A stretch of DNA of 60,659 nt, from NCBI GenBank assembly GCA_964511155.1, contig CAZEEJ010000005.1, forward strand, positions 1-60,659, written 5' to 3'. Made by a program: the position numbers and the translations under genes. The notes beneath the pieces are model-generated. The model was not told the DNA's origin, made no database searches, and was given only the letters and a program-made list of their open reading frames with translations. This document shows positions 18,659 to 29,000 of the stretch, one piece after another (within the stretch, counting starts at the first letter, position 1; each line of letters opens with the position of its first letter). The stretch is from an uncultured Planctomycetales bacterium. GTDB lineage: Bacteria; Planctomycetota; Phycisphaerae; UBA1845; PWPN01.

Positions 18659-19956
18659 GAAGATCCAGCGTACGTGCCGGTACTCGACCTGGCGTATGTC
18701 CGTTCCAGCCACAGCGTATAGCCAAGCTGTGCGGCCAACGCGGCCCAGACCAGTTTGTGCTTGTGCATCTCTCCACAGAACACCCAAAGGCCCAGCGACA
18801 TATAGAGCAGCCATCCGCACTGCATCAACTGCTTGCCGTGCAGAGGCATGTCCATCCGGTCCAGTTTGATCATCCTCACGACAGGCAGACTCCAGGCGCT
18901 GAAGAGCAGACCCCAACCAATCAGGCCCGTCTCGGAAGCGATCGCCAGGATGGAATTGTGAGGACTGCGGCCGCCAAACTCGTATGACAGGCAAGCGTAT
19001 CCCACGCCCATAATCGGATTGTCCTGGAGGGCAGCCAGACTGTCCTTCAAGAACCTGATGCGCGCATCGGCACTGCCTTCCTTACCCGTACCCTGCAAAA
19101 CCTCAGCCAGCGCGATCATGCGATCCCAGTATGTCGTCGTCGTCAAGTAAACGAACAGCCCCACCAGCCCCAGCGCGATGATGACCGGCCACATCAACTT
19201 CATGCTCACGGATGCCGCCGATTTTCTGAACACAAACCAGTACATCCCGCCGCACATGATCATGAGCGTCAACATCGCCATCCGGGAGCCGGTATTCGCC
19301 GCCAACCCAACGAGCGCAATACACGCGCACACCATCATGAACTTGACACTCCTGCGCCGGGTGCTCACGGCGATGGACAAGGCCCCCCACAGCGCCAGGC
19401 ATAAGAACATGCCATATTCGTTAGCACTTCCCATCGTTGCGGCGGCACGCCCGCTCGCCCCCGTTGTGCTGTACCCCACCATCCCCAACACCGTAGTCGT
19501 TGCCGCCGCGGCGATGAGCGCCCCCAGATACCACCGATACGCAGAGAACCCATTTATGCTGTTCAGTACTATGAAGAACATCCCCAGGAGTTTTGCGAGG
19601 GTAATCGCGCCTTCCCGAGCCGCCTCGCCGAACGCCGCGAACGGCACGCCTGCAAGCACCCACATGAGAAACATGGCATACAGAACACACTCCCGGCTGA
19701 ACACCAGCGGCGTGCCCTTCATGGCGGCTCCCAGGACCACCATCGCCCCCAGGTAGGCCACCACGATCTGCGAAGTGAGCGACACCCAGGATCCGGTATC
19801 CCCGACCCGCCACGTGCTCATTAACCCGATGCTGAACACCAGGATTCCCAGCAACGGACCGTTGATTCCCGCTCGCGCTTCCTTCGCCCACGCATTCCCG
19901 TCCACCGGGTCGAGATAAAGCGTTTCGTACACCTGAGCCGAACCGTATTGTCTCAT
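18655..19956 (-). CDS. O-antigen ligase/polymerase-like polytopic membrane protein
   Basis: About 10 or more hydrophobic helices. Family-typical motifs GSANEYGMFLCLALWG and SPHNSILAIASETGLIGW. Confidence 0.8.
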   Translation of the reverse strand: MRQYGSAQVYETLYLDPVDGNAWAKEARAGINGPLLGILVFSIGLMSTWRVGDTGSWVSLTSQIVVAYLGAMVVLGAAMKGTPLVFSRECVLYAMFLMWVLAGVPFAAFGEAAREGAITLAKLLGMFFIVLNSINGFSAYRWYLGALIAAAATTTVLGMVGYSTTGASGRAAATMGSANEYGMFLCLALWGALSIAVSTRRRSVKFMMVCACIALVGLAANTGSRMAMLTLMIMCGGMYWFVFRKSAASVSMKLMWPVIIALGLVGLFVYLTTTTYWDRMIALAEVLQGTGKEGSADARIRFLKDSLAALQDNPIMGVGYACLSYEFGGRSPHNSILAIASETGLIGWGLLFSAWSLPVVRMIKLDRMDMPLHGKQLMQCGWLLYMSLGLWVFCGEMHKHKLVWAALAAQLGYTLWLERTYARSSTGTYAGSS

Positions 19957-19960
19957 CTCG

Positions 19961-21331
19961 TCACCTGCAAACCGCGGTTTCGTCCAGAATCTCTGCCAAC
20001 TGCCGCGTGCAGGCCTCGCGGGTAAACTGCCCCGCCGCCTGCGCCAGCTTGTCCCGATACATGGCGTAGTTCGCCAACAACTCCCGCAAACCCGCGATCA
20101 CGCGTTCGCCGCTCGAGGGATCAACCGCCACGCCCACCTGATGATGACGGATGAAGTCGGTCAACGCGCCCGGCGGCGTCAGCGCCAGGATGGGTCGCCC
20201 GGCTCCGACATACTCAAACAGCTTGCCGGGCAGGGCGTATCCGTGTTCCTGTGAACCGACTAACAGCAGAACATCCATCTCCAGCATCAGCGCCAAGGCC
20301 TGGCGGTACGGGACGGGACCGCCATTGTCCAGGATGTCCACCGCGTCAGCACGAGCGGCCAGAGCCGCGATGGCCTGGTGCGACGGACCGCGCATCACCA
20401 CATGCAGGGGCCGCTCGCAAAACTCATCGGAGATCGCCTTGGCCCCGCGCAACAGCTCCAGCATGTACTCCTCGCGTCCCTGGTACACGGCCCCGAAGTA
20501 GCCCACCCGAAGAGCCTTTCCACGGGATGGATCACTCGACACCGTCTCGCCCGCGAAGTCCGTCGGATCATATCCATTATAGATCACCGACAGTTTGTCG
20601 GTATACTCGGGATGCTCCCGCCGCAACGTATCCGCCATCAGCGGCGTGACTACGACGATTCGACTGGCGGTCTCAAGCACGAACCGTTCCCAACGCCGGT
20701 CAAGCCAGTGATGGCACCGCGTCGGCCACAGCTTCACATCGCCCAACCGCCACGGATCTCGCAAATCCACCACCAACGGCCGCCCCGTCAGTCGGCTGAG
20801 CACCGCTCCCACACACAGTCCCACGGTTGGAGGAGAGGTTGCCCAGATGACATCGCTTCGCCGAGCCGGTCGGAGCCCCTGCAGGATGCCCGTCGGGAGC
20901 CAGCTTGCCGACTCCGGCACCTCGATCCAGTCGGTCAACTGCGCTCGCCGGGGTCCGCTCTGCAGCGTTCTCCCTTGCGCGGTGCCCGTCGCCCGAGTTC
21001 GTCGCCAGGCATCGAGCCAACGCCGCAACCGGCGCGGTTCGAGATAACCGCCGCGAATCACCTCCATCCCCACGGGAATCTCCGCGCATAACGCGCGGTC
21101 CACGAACAGGCTGAGATCTGGATAGAACTCCTCCTTGATGGTCAGAACGGTCGGTTCCCAGCCGAATCGCCGCAGGTACTTGGCGAACTTGCCGGCCCGA
21201 TGCGAGCCCACCGCCGCACAAGGGTAGTAGCCCCGGGTCACAAGCAGCACTCTACCCCGCGGCGGCCGCCCGGGGCCGATGCCGAATTCAGCCGGTTGAT
21301 CGCTGGGTTGAAGCACGCCGTGCTCTGTCAT
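19961..21331 (-). CDS. Glycosyltransferase (GT-B fold, GT4-like)
   Basis: RVLLVTRGYYPCAAVGSHRAGKFAKYLRRFGWEPTVLT, C-terminal LPGKLFEYVGAGRPILAL. Confidence 0.7.
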   Translation of the reverse strand: MTEHGVLQPSDQPAEFGIGPGRPPRGRVLLVTRGYYPCAAVGSHRAGKFAKYLRRFGWEPTVLTIKEEFYPDLSLFVDRALCAEIPVGMEVIRGGYLEPRRLRRWLDAWRRTRATGTAQGRTLQSGPRRAQLTDWIEVPESASWLPTGILQGLRPARRSDVIWATSPPTVGLCVGAVLSRLTGRPLVVDLRDPWRLGDVKLWPTRCHHWLDRRWERFVLETASRIVVVTPLMADTLRREHPEYTDKLSVIYNGYDPTDFAGETVSSDPSRGKALRVGYFGAVYQGREEYMLELLRGAKAISDEFCERPLHVVMRGPSHQAIAALAARADAVDILDNGGPVPYRQALALMLEMDVLLLVGSQEHGYALPGKLFEYVGAGRPILALTPPGALTDFIRHHQVGVAVDPSSGERVIAGLRELLANYAMYRDKLAQAAGQFTREACTRQLAEILDETAVCR

Positions 21332-22428
21332 TCGCGGTGCCCGGCCTCAGGCTCGAAGCCGGCGCCCACTTCCGGCGCCGAAGAGGCGGGCTCGCCGCGC
21401 CGCTCCGCAAGGGTCTTCAGCAGGTCATCGAGAATGGCGTCCTGGGGCCAACACTGCCCCTCGTGCCAATTCAGTTCCCGGTCCCAGTGCCCGGCACAAT
21501 CGTAAACGAACTGTGCTACGAACGCATAACTGATCTCGACGATTCCCGGCTCGCCCGATGGATAGGTCACGAAATCGAACGCAATACTCTGCCCTTTGAT
21601 CTGCTCCGCGACGGCAAAGGCCTGTCTCACGCACTCCAGCTTGATACGTTGCCGGTCGTAGCCGAGATACCCGCCGCCGGAAGCCCTGAAATCGCCGGGA
21701 CGCACGCCGCGCGTGTAGCCGAACGCACGATCACCGATCACGGTGATCCGCGTATCGAACGTGTTGTCCGGCACGAAATCCTGGAAAAGCACATAGCCCC
21801 GCTCACGCGGCATCAGGCGGTTGGCTCGCCAACTGGCATGTAACACCCGGGGCACGCGGCGAAGCACGCCCCACAGATCGCCCGCCCGACGGTGTCGCCG
21901 AAACTTCACCGAGCTGTCGCGCAGATACCCGGCAATCGGCTTGAAGCCCCTGCCGAAAGCCCGCCCAACCAGTTGTCGAGCCGCGGCCGCGTCGCGAACC
22001 AGCCGCACATTCTGCGAACCCGCACCACGACGCAACTTAAAGACCTTCGGGAAGGTCGTTCGCTCGATCCACGCGTAGGCCGCTTGCGGGTTGAAGAAGG
22101 TGTGCGTCGGGACCAGCGAGGCCCCTACCGACTCGAGCAGGTACTTCTGCGCCATCTTATCATCGAAATGCCAGAACGTCGGCGTACTCGGGTAAACCAG
22201 CAAGCCGGTGTGTTCCAGCGCCTGGATCAGTTGACGGGCCAGCAGCATGTCCTCGGGCAGATGGTGAGCGGGGTGCCACAGCAAGGCGTCGCACTCGGCC
22301 AACTGCTCCACAATATCGCTGCCAAAGCAGTCCACCTCGCAGCACCTGATCCCGCGCTCCCGACACACCTCCAACCACCGGTCCGTAAAACTACCCGGCC
22401 GCGGATGAATCGCCAGTTGAACACTCAT
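21328..22428 (-). CDS. ATP-grasp domain protein
   Basis: Starts MSVQLAIHPRPGSF (ATG 22428). DKMAQKYLLESVGASLVPT, FPKVFKLRRGAGSQNVRLV, LFQDFVPDNTFDTRITVIGDRAF, DFRASGGG. Its stop overlaps the downstream ATG (ATGA). Confidence 0.8.
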   Translation of the reverse strand: MSVQLAIHPRPGSFTDRWLEVCRERGIRCCEVDCFGSDIVEQLAECDALLWHPAHHLPEDMLLARQLIQALEHTGLLVYPSTPTFWHFDDKMAQKYLLESVGASLVPTHTFFNPQAAYAWIERTTFPKVFKLRRGAGSQNVRLVRDAAAARQLVGRAFGRGFKPIAGYLRDSSVKFRRHRRAGDLWGVLRRVPRVLHASWRANRLMPRERGYVLFQDFVPDNTFDTRITVIGDRAFGYTRGVRPGDFRASGGGYLGYDRQRIKLECVRQAFAVAEQIKGQSIAFDFVTYPSGEPGIVEISYAFVAQFVYDCAGHWDRELNWHEGQCWPQDAILDDLLKTLAERRGEPASSAPEVGAGFEPEAGHRE

Positions 22429-22563
22429 TTCGTTTTCTCCAAGCCGTTTGCATCGTGGTCTACACTTCTTCGCTGCGCTTCGCACCACGACCAGTTGCCT
22501 GTGCCTGACCTGACCACGGTCAAGCAGAGGCGGCTGACCAGGCAGTCGGCCGCGAGGCAATGA

Positions 22564-23520
22564 TCACTCCACGCCCACTCTGTCAGAGGACCAATGATGA
22601 CGTTCACGGGCCAGCCTCGACGCCAGGTAGCGAGAGAAGATGCGAGCACCGTCAGCGTTGAGGTGGTGTTGATCCGTGTAGCTGGCAGGGCTCAGGCCTT
22701 CGATCTCACGGCAGTCAATGCAGCCGACGCCGGTGCGTTCGATCGTGTCCAGCAAGTCCTGCGGCAGTTCATAGGGCTGAGCTCTGGGCATCAAAACCAG
22801 GATGGGTTTGACCCCATGCTGCTGCGCAAGGCTTGCGAATAGTCCCAGTCGGTGATGGCTGGTGTCATCCTGGCTACTGGGGCTCGCGACGTCCAGGGAA
22901 CGCCGCAGCAGGGTGTGTGACCAGGCCACCATCTCGATGTAATCCGGTACGATGCTCTGCAATATGATTTGTCGGCCCCGGGCCCGCTGGACACACGACG
23001 CGGACAGGGATGCGTGCAGATACTCTGCCCGCTGGCCGAAGTCAAAGTGGCCATCCCTCAGCACCTCCATCCTGGCACCGCAGTATGTCACCAGGCGGGC
23101 GATCCGGACATCCGGCACATCGCACAAACCGGGGGGCGTCGCGTTCACCAGAACGAGGTCTGGCAGCCTGCCCGGCTCGACGAAGAACATGCGAAACATC
23201 CACAACCACTCGCACATCTCGGCTCCGTTGAACGCCACGACCTCAAAAGCAAGATCGGTCCAGCCGCAACTGGCCGCCTGTCCTTTGAACGCGTCCTGAT
23301 CCAGGCCGCAGTTGGTCAAGGAGTTGCCCAGAATGAGCATTCTGGTCTGGTCCATCTTGCACAGTGTAGAAGCCTGCTGAGGAAGACTGGCGAGGGCTCG
23401 CAGCTCACTTGAGAACCGCTGCCCCTGCAAGCGGATACCCAGGTCCGCCGACAGCATGACCGCCAGCACGGTCAGAATGACCTTGAATTCGCGCTTAGAA
23501 CTGGAAGTAAATGAACGCAT
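22564..23520 (-). CDS. SGNH/GDSL-like putative acyl-transfer partner of the MBOAT (AlgJ/AlgX/DltD-like), N-terminal anchor
   Basis: Anchor FKVILTVLAVMLSADL. Block I-like MLILGNSLT. Block V-like DQHHLNADGARIF near the C-terminus. Overlaps the MBOAT gene by 26 nt. Confidence 0.55.
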   Translation of the reverse strand: MRSFTSSSKREFKVILTVLAVMLSADLGIRLQGQRFSSELRALASLPQQASTLCKMDQTRMLILGNSLTNCGLDQDAFKGQAASCGWTDLAFEVVAFNGAEMCEWLWMFRMFFVEPGRLPDLVLVNATPPGLCDVPDVRIARLVTYCGARMEVLRDGHFDFGQRAEYLHASLSASCVQRARGRQIILQSIVPDYIEMVAWSHTLLRRSLDVASPSSQDDTSHHRLGLFASLAQQHGVKPILVLMPRAQPYELPQDLLDTIERTGVGCIDCREIEGLSPASYTDQHHLNADGARIFSRYLASRLARERHHWSSDRVGVE

Positions 23521-24913
23521 GACTGACCTCTGGAGGGAAGCAGCACAGCATCATGACCATGTAGCTGTAGACGGCGGCTCGGATCGGCCAGGCCGCTTTG
23601 AGCAAGGCGGTCATGTCGTTTCGGCGATGGGTCCAGAACTCCAGCAGCATCAGCGGAGCAACGAAGAAAAGGATCAGCACTCCGGCATAGCAGGTAAATG
23701 GACTGGGATGCAGGTTGGTTGCCATGTTGCGCAGGATGTCCCACACCTGGCCCATACCCTGGGCTCGAAACAGCAGCCAGCCCAGGCAGGTCAAATGAAA
23801 CATGACCACCACCCCGACGATGTTCCGCAGCGTTTGGCCGCGAGGTTGGCTGGTGGCCCGGCTGGACGAACCGAAGAAGCGATAGATCGCCAGAATGCCG
23901 CCATGAAAACCACCCCAAGTGATGAACGTCCAGCTCGCTCCGTGCCACAGGCCGCCCAGCAGCATGGTGATCATCAGGTTGCGGTAGGTGTTGACCGAGC
24001 CGTGGCGATTGCCGCCCAGCGGGATGTAGAGGTAATCCCGTAGCCAACTGGAAAGGCTGATGTGCCAGCGATTCCAGAAATCGCTGGGCGATACCGCGAA
24101 ATACGGCATCCGGAAGTTGTACATCAGGTCGAAACCCATCCACTTGGCGATGCCCTGGGCCATCGAGGAATAGCCCGAAAAGTCACCATAGATCTGGAAG
24201 GCAAACGCGTACACCCCCATCAGGTAGTCGAACCCGCCCAATTCTCCCTGTTCAGCGGCAAACACCGCATTGACCAGGCCGGCCATGTTGTCGGCAATCA
24301 CCACTTTCTTGAACAGGCCCAGCAACACGTGATAAAGGCCTTCGGCGAAGTCCCCCTCTCTCAGGACGCGCGGCGAAGTGATCTGGCCCATCAGGTGATT
24401 GTATCTTTCGATCGGTCCGGCCACGAGTTGAGGGAAGAAAGCCACGAACAGGCTGAAGTCCAGCAGGCTGCTGGCCGGGCGGGCCTTGCCGAAGTACACA
24501 TCGATCGTATAGCTCATGGTCTGGAAGGTGTAGAAGGAGATCCCGACCGGCAGCAATACGTTCAACGTGGGCAGGGACGCGTTGAATCCAATCAGGCTGA
24601 GCAGATCGCACAACTCCGAGATGAAGAAGTCGTAGTACTTGAAGGTGCCCAGCAGGCCAAGGTTGCAGACCATCGATACCAGCAGCAGGGCCTTGCGCCG
24701 CGGGCGACTGACGCTGGTGGCGATGGCGTTGGAGACGAAGAAATCCACCACGGCCGAGATCGCCAGCAGCGAAAGGAACCGCCAATCCCACCAGCCGTAA
24801 AACACGAAACTCGCCAGCAGTAGCAGCCGATTCTGCCGATCGTGGCGCAATCTCCAATACAGGACGATGACAATGAGATAAAAGAGCCAGAATACGTAAC
24901 TATTGAACAACAT
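23495..24913 (-). CDS. MBOAT-family membrane O-acyltransferase (AlgI/DltB-like)
   Basis: MLFNSYVFWLFYLIVIVLYW..., FWNRWHISLSSWLRDYLYIPLGGNR, LLGGLWHGASW (invariant His). Confidence 0.9.
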   Translation of the reverse strand: MLFNSYVFWLFYLIVIVLYWRLRHDRQNRLLLLASFVFYGWWDWRFLSLLAISAVVDFFVSNAIATSVSRPRRKALLLVSMVCNLGLLGTFKYYDFFISELCDLLSLIGFNASLPTLNVLLPVGISFYTFQTMSYTIDVYFGKARPASSLLDFSLFVAFFPQLVAGPIERYNHLMGQITSPRVLREGDFAEGLYHVLLGLFKKVVIADNMAGLVNAVFAAEQGELGGFDYLMGVYAFAFQIYGDFSGYSSMAQGIAKWMGFDLMYNFRMPYFAVSPSDFWNRWHISLSSWLRDYLYIPLGGNRHGSVNTYRNLMITMLLGGLWHGASWTFITWGGFHGGILAIYRFFGSSSRATSQPRGQTLRNIVGVVVMFHLTCLGWLLFRAQGMGQVWDILRNMATNLHPSPFTCYAGVLILFFVAPLMLLEFWTHRRNDMTALLKAAWPIRAAVYSYMVMMLCCFPPEVSHAFIYFQF

Positions 24914-25049
24914 CAGGCTTTCCGCCCACCTGCCCCAAAGCTCATCCGGTGTCGCCGCATGGGTGTTAACCGAAACCTGAAGCCGATCATCCAGGAGGCG
25001 CGCTTATCGAGAGCACGTCAACTGTGAAGGCCTCATCCCGCACAATCCC

Positions 25050-26030
25050 TTAGAGCCCCAAATCGCCATACAGCCGGGCCAGAGCAGTAGCCTCGCTCGC
25101 CAGCGAGAACCGCTCCCGCACCATCGCCGCGCCGGCCACGTTCGGCGTTCCAGCCTGCCCGATGGATTCGAGCGCCGCTTGCGCCCCCGTGACATCCTCC
25201 GCGAAATGGCAATGGTCCAGCCGCCGGTTGTAAATCACGTACCGCCCTCGGGCCAACATCTCCAGTACCATGGCCGACAGGCTGTCATGCTCCGGCAGGC
25301 GGATCAGCACGGTGGATTCGCGGTAGATCGCCTCCACGTCTCGGCGGAATCCCAGGAACTCCACGTTCGCCGGCGCCTCCACCCCCGCCCCACTGGCCCC
25401 CAGGATGCGAAACTCCACCTTCGGCAGCCGCCGGGCGAGCTCCAGAACCGTGTCGCCCCCGTAAAAACTAAACCGTTGATCGCTCCAGTAACTCAGCGCC
25501 GCAAACCGCTCGGGCAGCGGTAGCACGTCCGCCTCGATCTGCGCGGGCAGCAAACGCACCACCTTGGCCGTGATGCCCAGCTCGGCAAGCTCGGCCGCCA
25601 GATCAGGCGAATCCGCCAGATGGGCCGACGCCCACCGGCTTGCCGCCCTGCGATTGACCCATGTCGCCCAGCGCCCTCGCGATGTGTCACGGAAACTCAG
25701 CAGATCGCTTCCAATCCAGTGCCAGACCACGGGCCGACCCAGCAAGCGAAGCAGCAACGCCGTCCGCCAACGGCAGGGACCGCCCACGTGATGGATCGCC
25801 CGCAATCGCCGCCACGAGCCCCACAACAGCCAACGTACTGACGCCAGCCGACTCTGCGGCCGAACCAGCTCCCCCTTCATCCCCGCTCGCCTGAACAGTT
25901 CCGCAGCCACCCCCATCCAGTACGGCGCCCCCATGATCCCGACCCGCGGCTCCGCCCCGCCCGTGACCTCCGCCGCCCCCGTCCGTTCCACCTCTGCGGT
26001 GCCCGTGTGCTCCCGGTCATCCACCGGCAT
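25050..26030 (-). CDS. Glycosyltransferase-like protein (GT-B, family 1/4-like); start uncertain (26030 or ATG at 25934)
   Basis: LIRLPEHDSLSAMVLEMLARGRYVIYN resembles the EX7E region. The first 32 aa are low-complexity. Confidence 0.55.
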   Translation of the reverse strand: MPVDDREHTGTAEVERTGAAEVTGGAEPRVGIMGAPYWMGVAAELFRRAGMKGELVRPQSRLASVRWLLWGSWRRLRAIHHVGGPCRWRTALLLRLLGRPVVWHWIGSDLLSFRDTSRGRWATWVNRRAASRWASAHLADSPDLAAELAELGITAKVVRLLPAQIEADVLPLPERFAALSYWSDQRFSFYGGDTVLELARRLPKVEFRILGASGAGVEAPANVEFLGFRRDVEAIYRESTVLIRLPEHDSLSAMVLEMLARGRYVIYNRRLDHCHFAEDVTGAQAALESIGQAGTPNVAGAAMVRERFSLASEATALARLYGDLGL

Positions 26031-29000
26031 TCACTCCCGAGCCTGAAAGGCTCGTTCCGCCAGCCCACGTCTTTGAGCCTGAAGGGCTCGTTCCGTCAGC
26101 CCAGGTCTTCGAGCCTGAAGGGCTCGTTCTATCAGCCCAGGCCGAAGGCCTGGGAACGGGATGACGCCTCGCGAGCCGGCCCTGAAGGGGCCGTTCATGC
26201 TGCTGCGACTGAGCCGATGCCCCCGGGATGCGAGGTGCTCCGGTGGGGTGATTGCCAGCTACCGTCTGCCAGTCATAGGAGTCTTGCGATTCGATCGGCC
26301 AGCGAAGGCTCAGCCGACCGCGCTCCCCCGCCCACTCGGCCCCCGCGGCATCCGCACTGACACGACCCGTCTCCGTCCCGCCGGAAGCATCCAGCAGGGT
26401 CACGAGGACGGCATTCCGCCCCGTCACCGCGAAGTAACCCACCGGCCCCGCCAGCCCCGTCTCAGGACGCCCCACCTGACCATCGCACACCACCGTGCTC
26501 TCGATCCGCAGCAACGTCTCGGCCGGCTCATCACCCGACACGGCCACCAGGGCACCATCCGCGATCCCCGCGTTCAACCCCTCGGCCACGCGGAACTGCT
26601 GCCGATAAACATGAGGTTCCTGCGACGCCAACTCATCGACCACCAGCAGCGTCCGCACCCCCGGGCCAAAGAACAAGCTTCGCCGGTGCACCACCCCGGC
26701 GTACAACTGCGATTCCCCCTGAAAGGCCACGAACGCCGGCATACCCGCCTCCTGCGTTCCTGCCGGGCGGACATCCAGCCAACGTGCCTTGCAGTCACCC
26801 TGCCGGTGTGAAGCACCATCAACCGAAACAGTCGTTTGCGACGGCGTGCCGATCAAGGCCTGCCGCTCCGCCGCATCCCTGTAGCTGGGATAGCCCGGCC
26901 CGGCCAGCAAGGCCCGGCCACCGGCGAACAGGGTCAGCGCCAGCGCGTCGTAATGGGAGTGCGCCACCGACCACTCACCACACCGCAGCGTCAGCATCAA
27001 GGCCGAGGACGTCGTCCACTCCGGCGCCGGCGCCCGGAGAACCAGGTACCCCGCCCCTGGCCATAAACGAACGCCCGGCTCGTTGGGTGGCACGGTCGAG
27101 GGCTTGACCGCCTCGCGCAGCGCCGCCAGCTCCGGCAGCGCGGGGAGGTGCTCATGCGGCCACCACGTCAGGTCCACCACCTCCGATTCCGTGTCCGCGA
27201 TCAACGGCAGCGATCGGTCCGGATGCAGGATCTCCCGGCAAAAAACCAGCATCTTCCGCACCGTCTCGGCGAACTGCGGACTCACCTCCACGTCCGCCTG
27301 CTCGCAGGTGGCCAGGAACCACAGGGCTGCTCTGGTCACGAAGTAGTGATAACTCGGCGTCACCTCGCGCGATACGCCCTCCGCCGTGACATTCGCCGCC
27401 GCGTGCTCCTGCATCCGCCGCACGGCCGTTTCGCGCCACCGCCCCCCACGGTCGAACTCCGGATACTGCAGCGCCATGCTCAGCAGCGCATAGTTCTGCA
27501 TCAGCCCATGGTTCGTCTTTGCGTTGTATTCGCGCCGATTGGTCAGGTGCCGCCCGTGCTGGATCAACGAGGTCAGAAAGGCTTTCTCGTCCTCGTCGGA
27601 CACTTGGCCGCCCGATCGCAGAACCTGCATCACCGCCATGTGCGCACAGATGCGATGGGACATGCAGTCATCGTTCCAGACATACTGATTGAAGTTCGGC
27701 CAGTCGCGGTTCCCGCGACGCCACTCCTCCATCATCGCCCGGGCCGCGGTGATGCCCTCCGAACCGCTGTTCAGCAACGGAAACAGCAACGCCTGCCGCT
27801 GCATGGCGAACAGCACCGGCACGGGCGTGGGGGCTTTCCACCGAAAACGTTCCTCCGGTCGCCACTGATACGACGGAGACTCAAAGAGCTCGCCCAATCG
27901 CCCGGCCAGGATCGCCTCAGCCATCCGCTCCGAGTCCGCGGGTGAGTCTCGCCACAGGATCGGCAGCGGCATCGGCGTGAAGGGGGTGCGCTCGCCCAAA
28001 TGGCGGATGATCGCGTTCATGGCCTCCCGCCGCCCGCCTGTTCGCCGCGCCTCCTCCATCCGCGCGCAGACCGGGTGCGTGCGGTCGATCATCGCCAGCA
28101 GATCCACGTGGTTGCGGTGGTAGTAAAACGCACCAAACCCGCTCCCCCCCACCGCCGCCACCACGCCCAGCATGGCCACAACGATGCGCCGGTACCACCA
28201 CAGTCCCGCTCCCGCCCGAACCCACGGTCCAGGCCGGTAGGTCACAATCACCACGCATGCCGACAACGTCGCCAGCAGACCCGACAGCCCGCTCAGCAAC
28301 GCAAAACCCCGCCGCCCGGCCAGATACCCATCGCCGTTCACCAGTGACGCCAGCACGATCGGACACGCCACCACCGCACCCGCTGCCAGCACGCACGCCA
28401 GGGCCATCAGCCGCCGACGCCAATGTCTGGGAACCGGCCCGACCCAGCCAGGCCCCATCATCCCGCCGCCCGCTGGCCCCACCGGCAGCAGGCGCGTTCG
28501 TCGCAATACCTGCCCCACCAGTTCCAGCCCGCCGCTCCAGACGCGACGCAGATCCTCCCACGCTGGAACCAACTCGCGAAACGATCGGCCCGACTCACGC
28601 AGATAAAACCGAGTCCACAGCCCCAGGGCCATGGTATAGGCGACACTGGCGGTGATCGCCGCACCCGCGATGCCCAGGATCGGGATCAACAACAGATTCA
28701 GACCGGCGCTCACCGCCAGCGTGGACCACGCGACGGTCACGTTGTAGTGGGTCTTCTGCCGCGTCAGCAGGTCGCTGGCCAGCACGGATGCCCCGCCCAG
28801 GGCCGCGATGCCCGGAAGCAGCAGCAGAAACGGCACGATCGAGCCCGTGAACTCCCAACCGAACAGCACCAGAATGGCCGGGATGCCGAACACGCCCGCC
28901 CCGACCATCGCCGCCAGGGAGGCGATCATCGTTGCCCGAAACACCGCCGGCACCTGCCCCTGACGACTCGCCATCTCGTTCGCCAGCCGCGGCAGAAACG

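Noticed and set aside
22425-22649. 74-aa minus-strand ORF next to the ATP-grasp gene as a possible graspetide/RiPP precursor
   Set aside because: It overlaps the end of the SGNH-like gene and the ATP-grasp start. It has no Thr/Ser-Asp/Glu core repeats typical of graspetide precursors. The ATP-grasp is embedded in, and coupled to, glycan-modifying genes.
26039-26154. Possible CRISPR array (also considered for 59897-60659 and the C-D-C repeats at 4449-4554)
   Set aside because: The units are directly abutting tandem repeats with no unique spacers of CRISPR-like length. The 126-bp array is coding and in frame. The 4.4-kb site has only two copies. No cas genes are present in the window.
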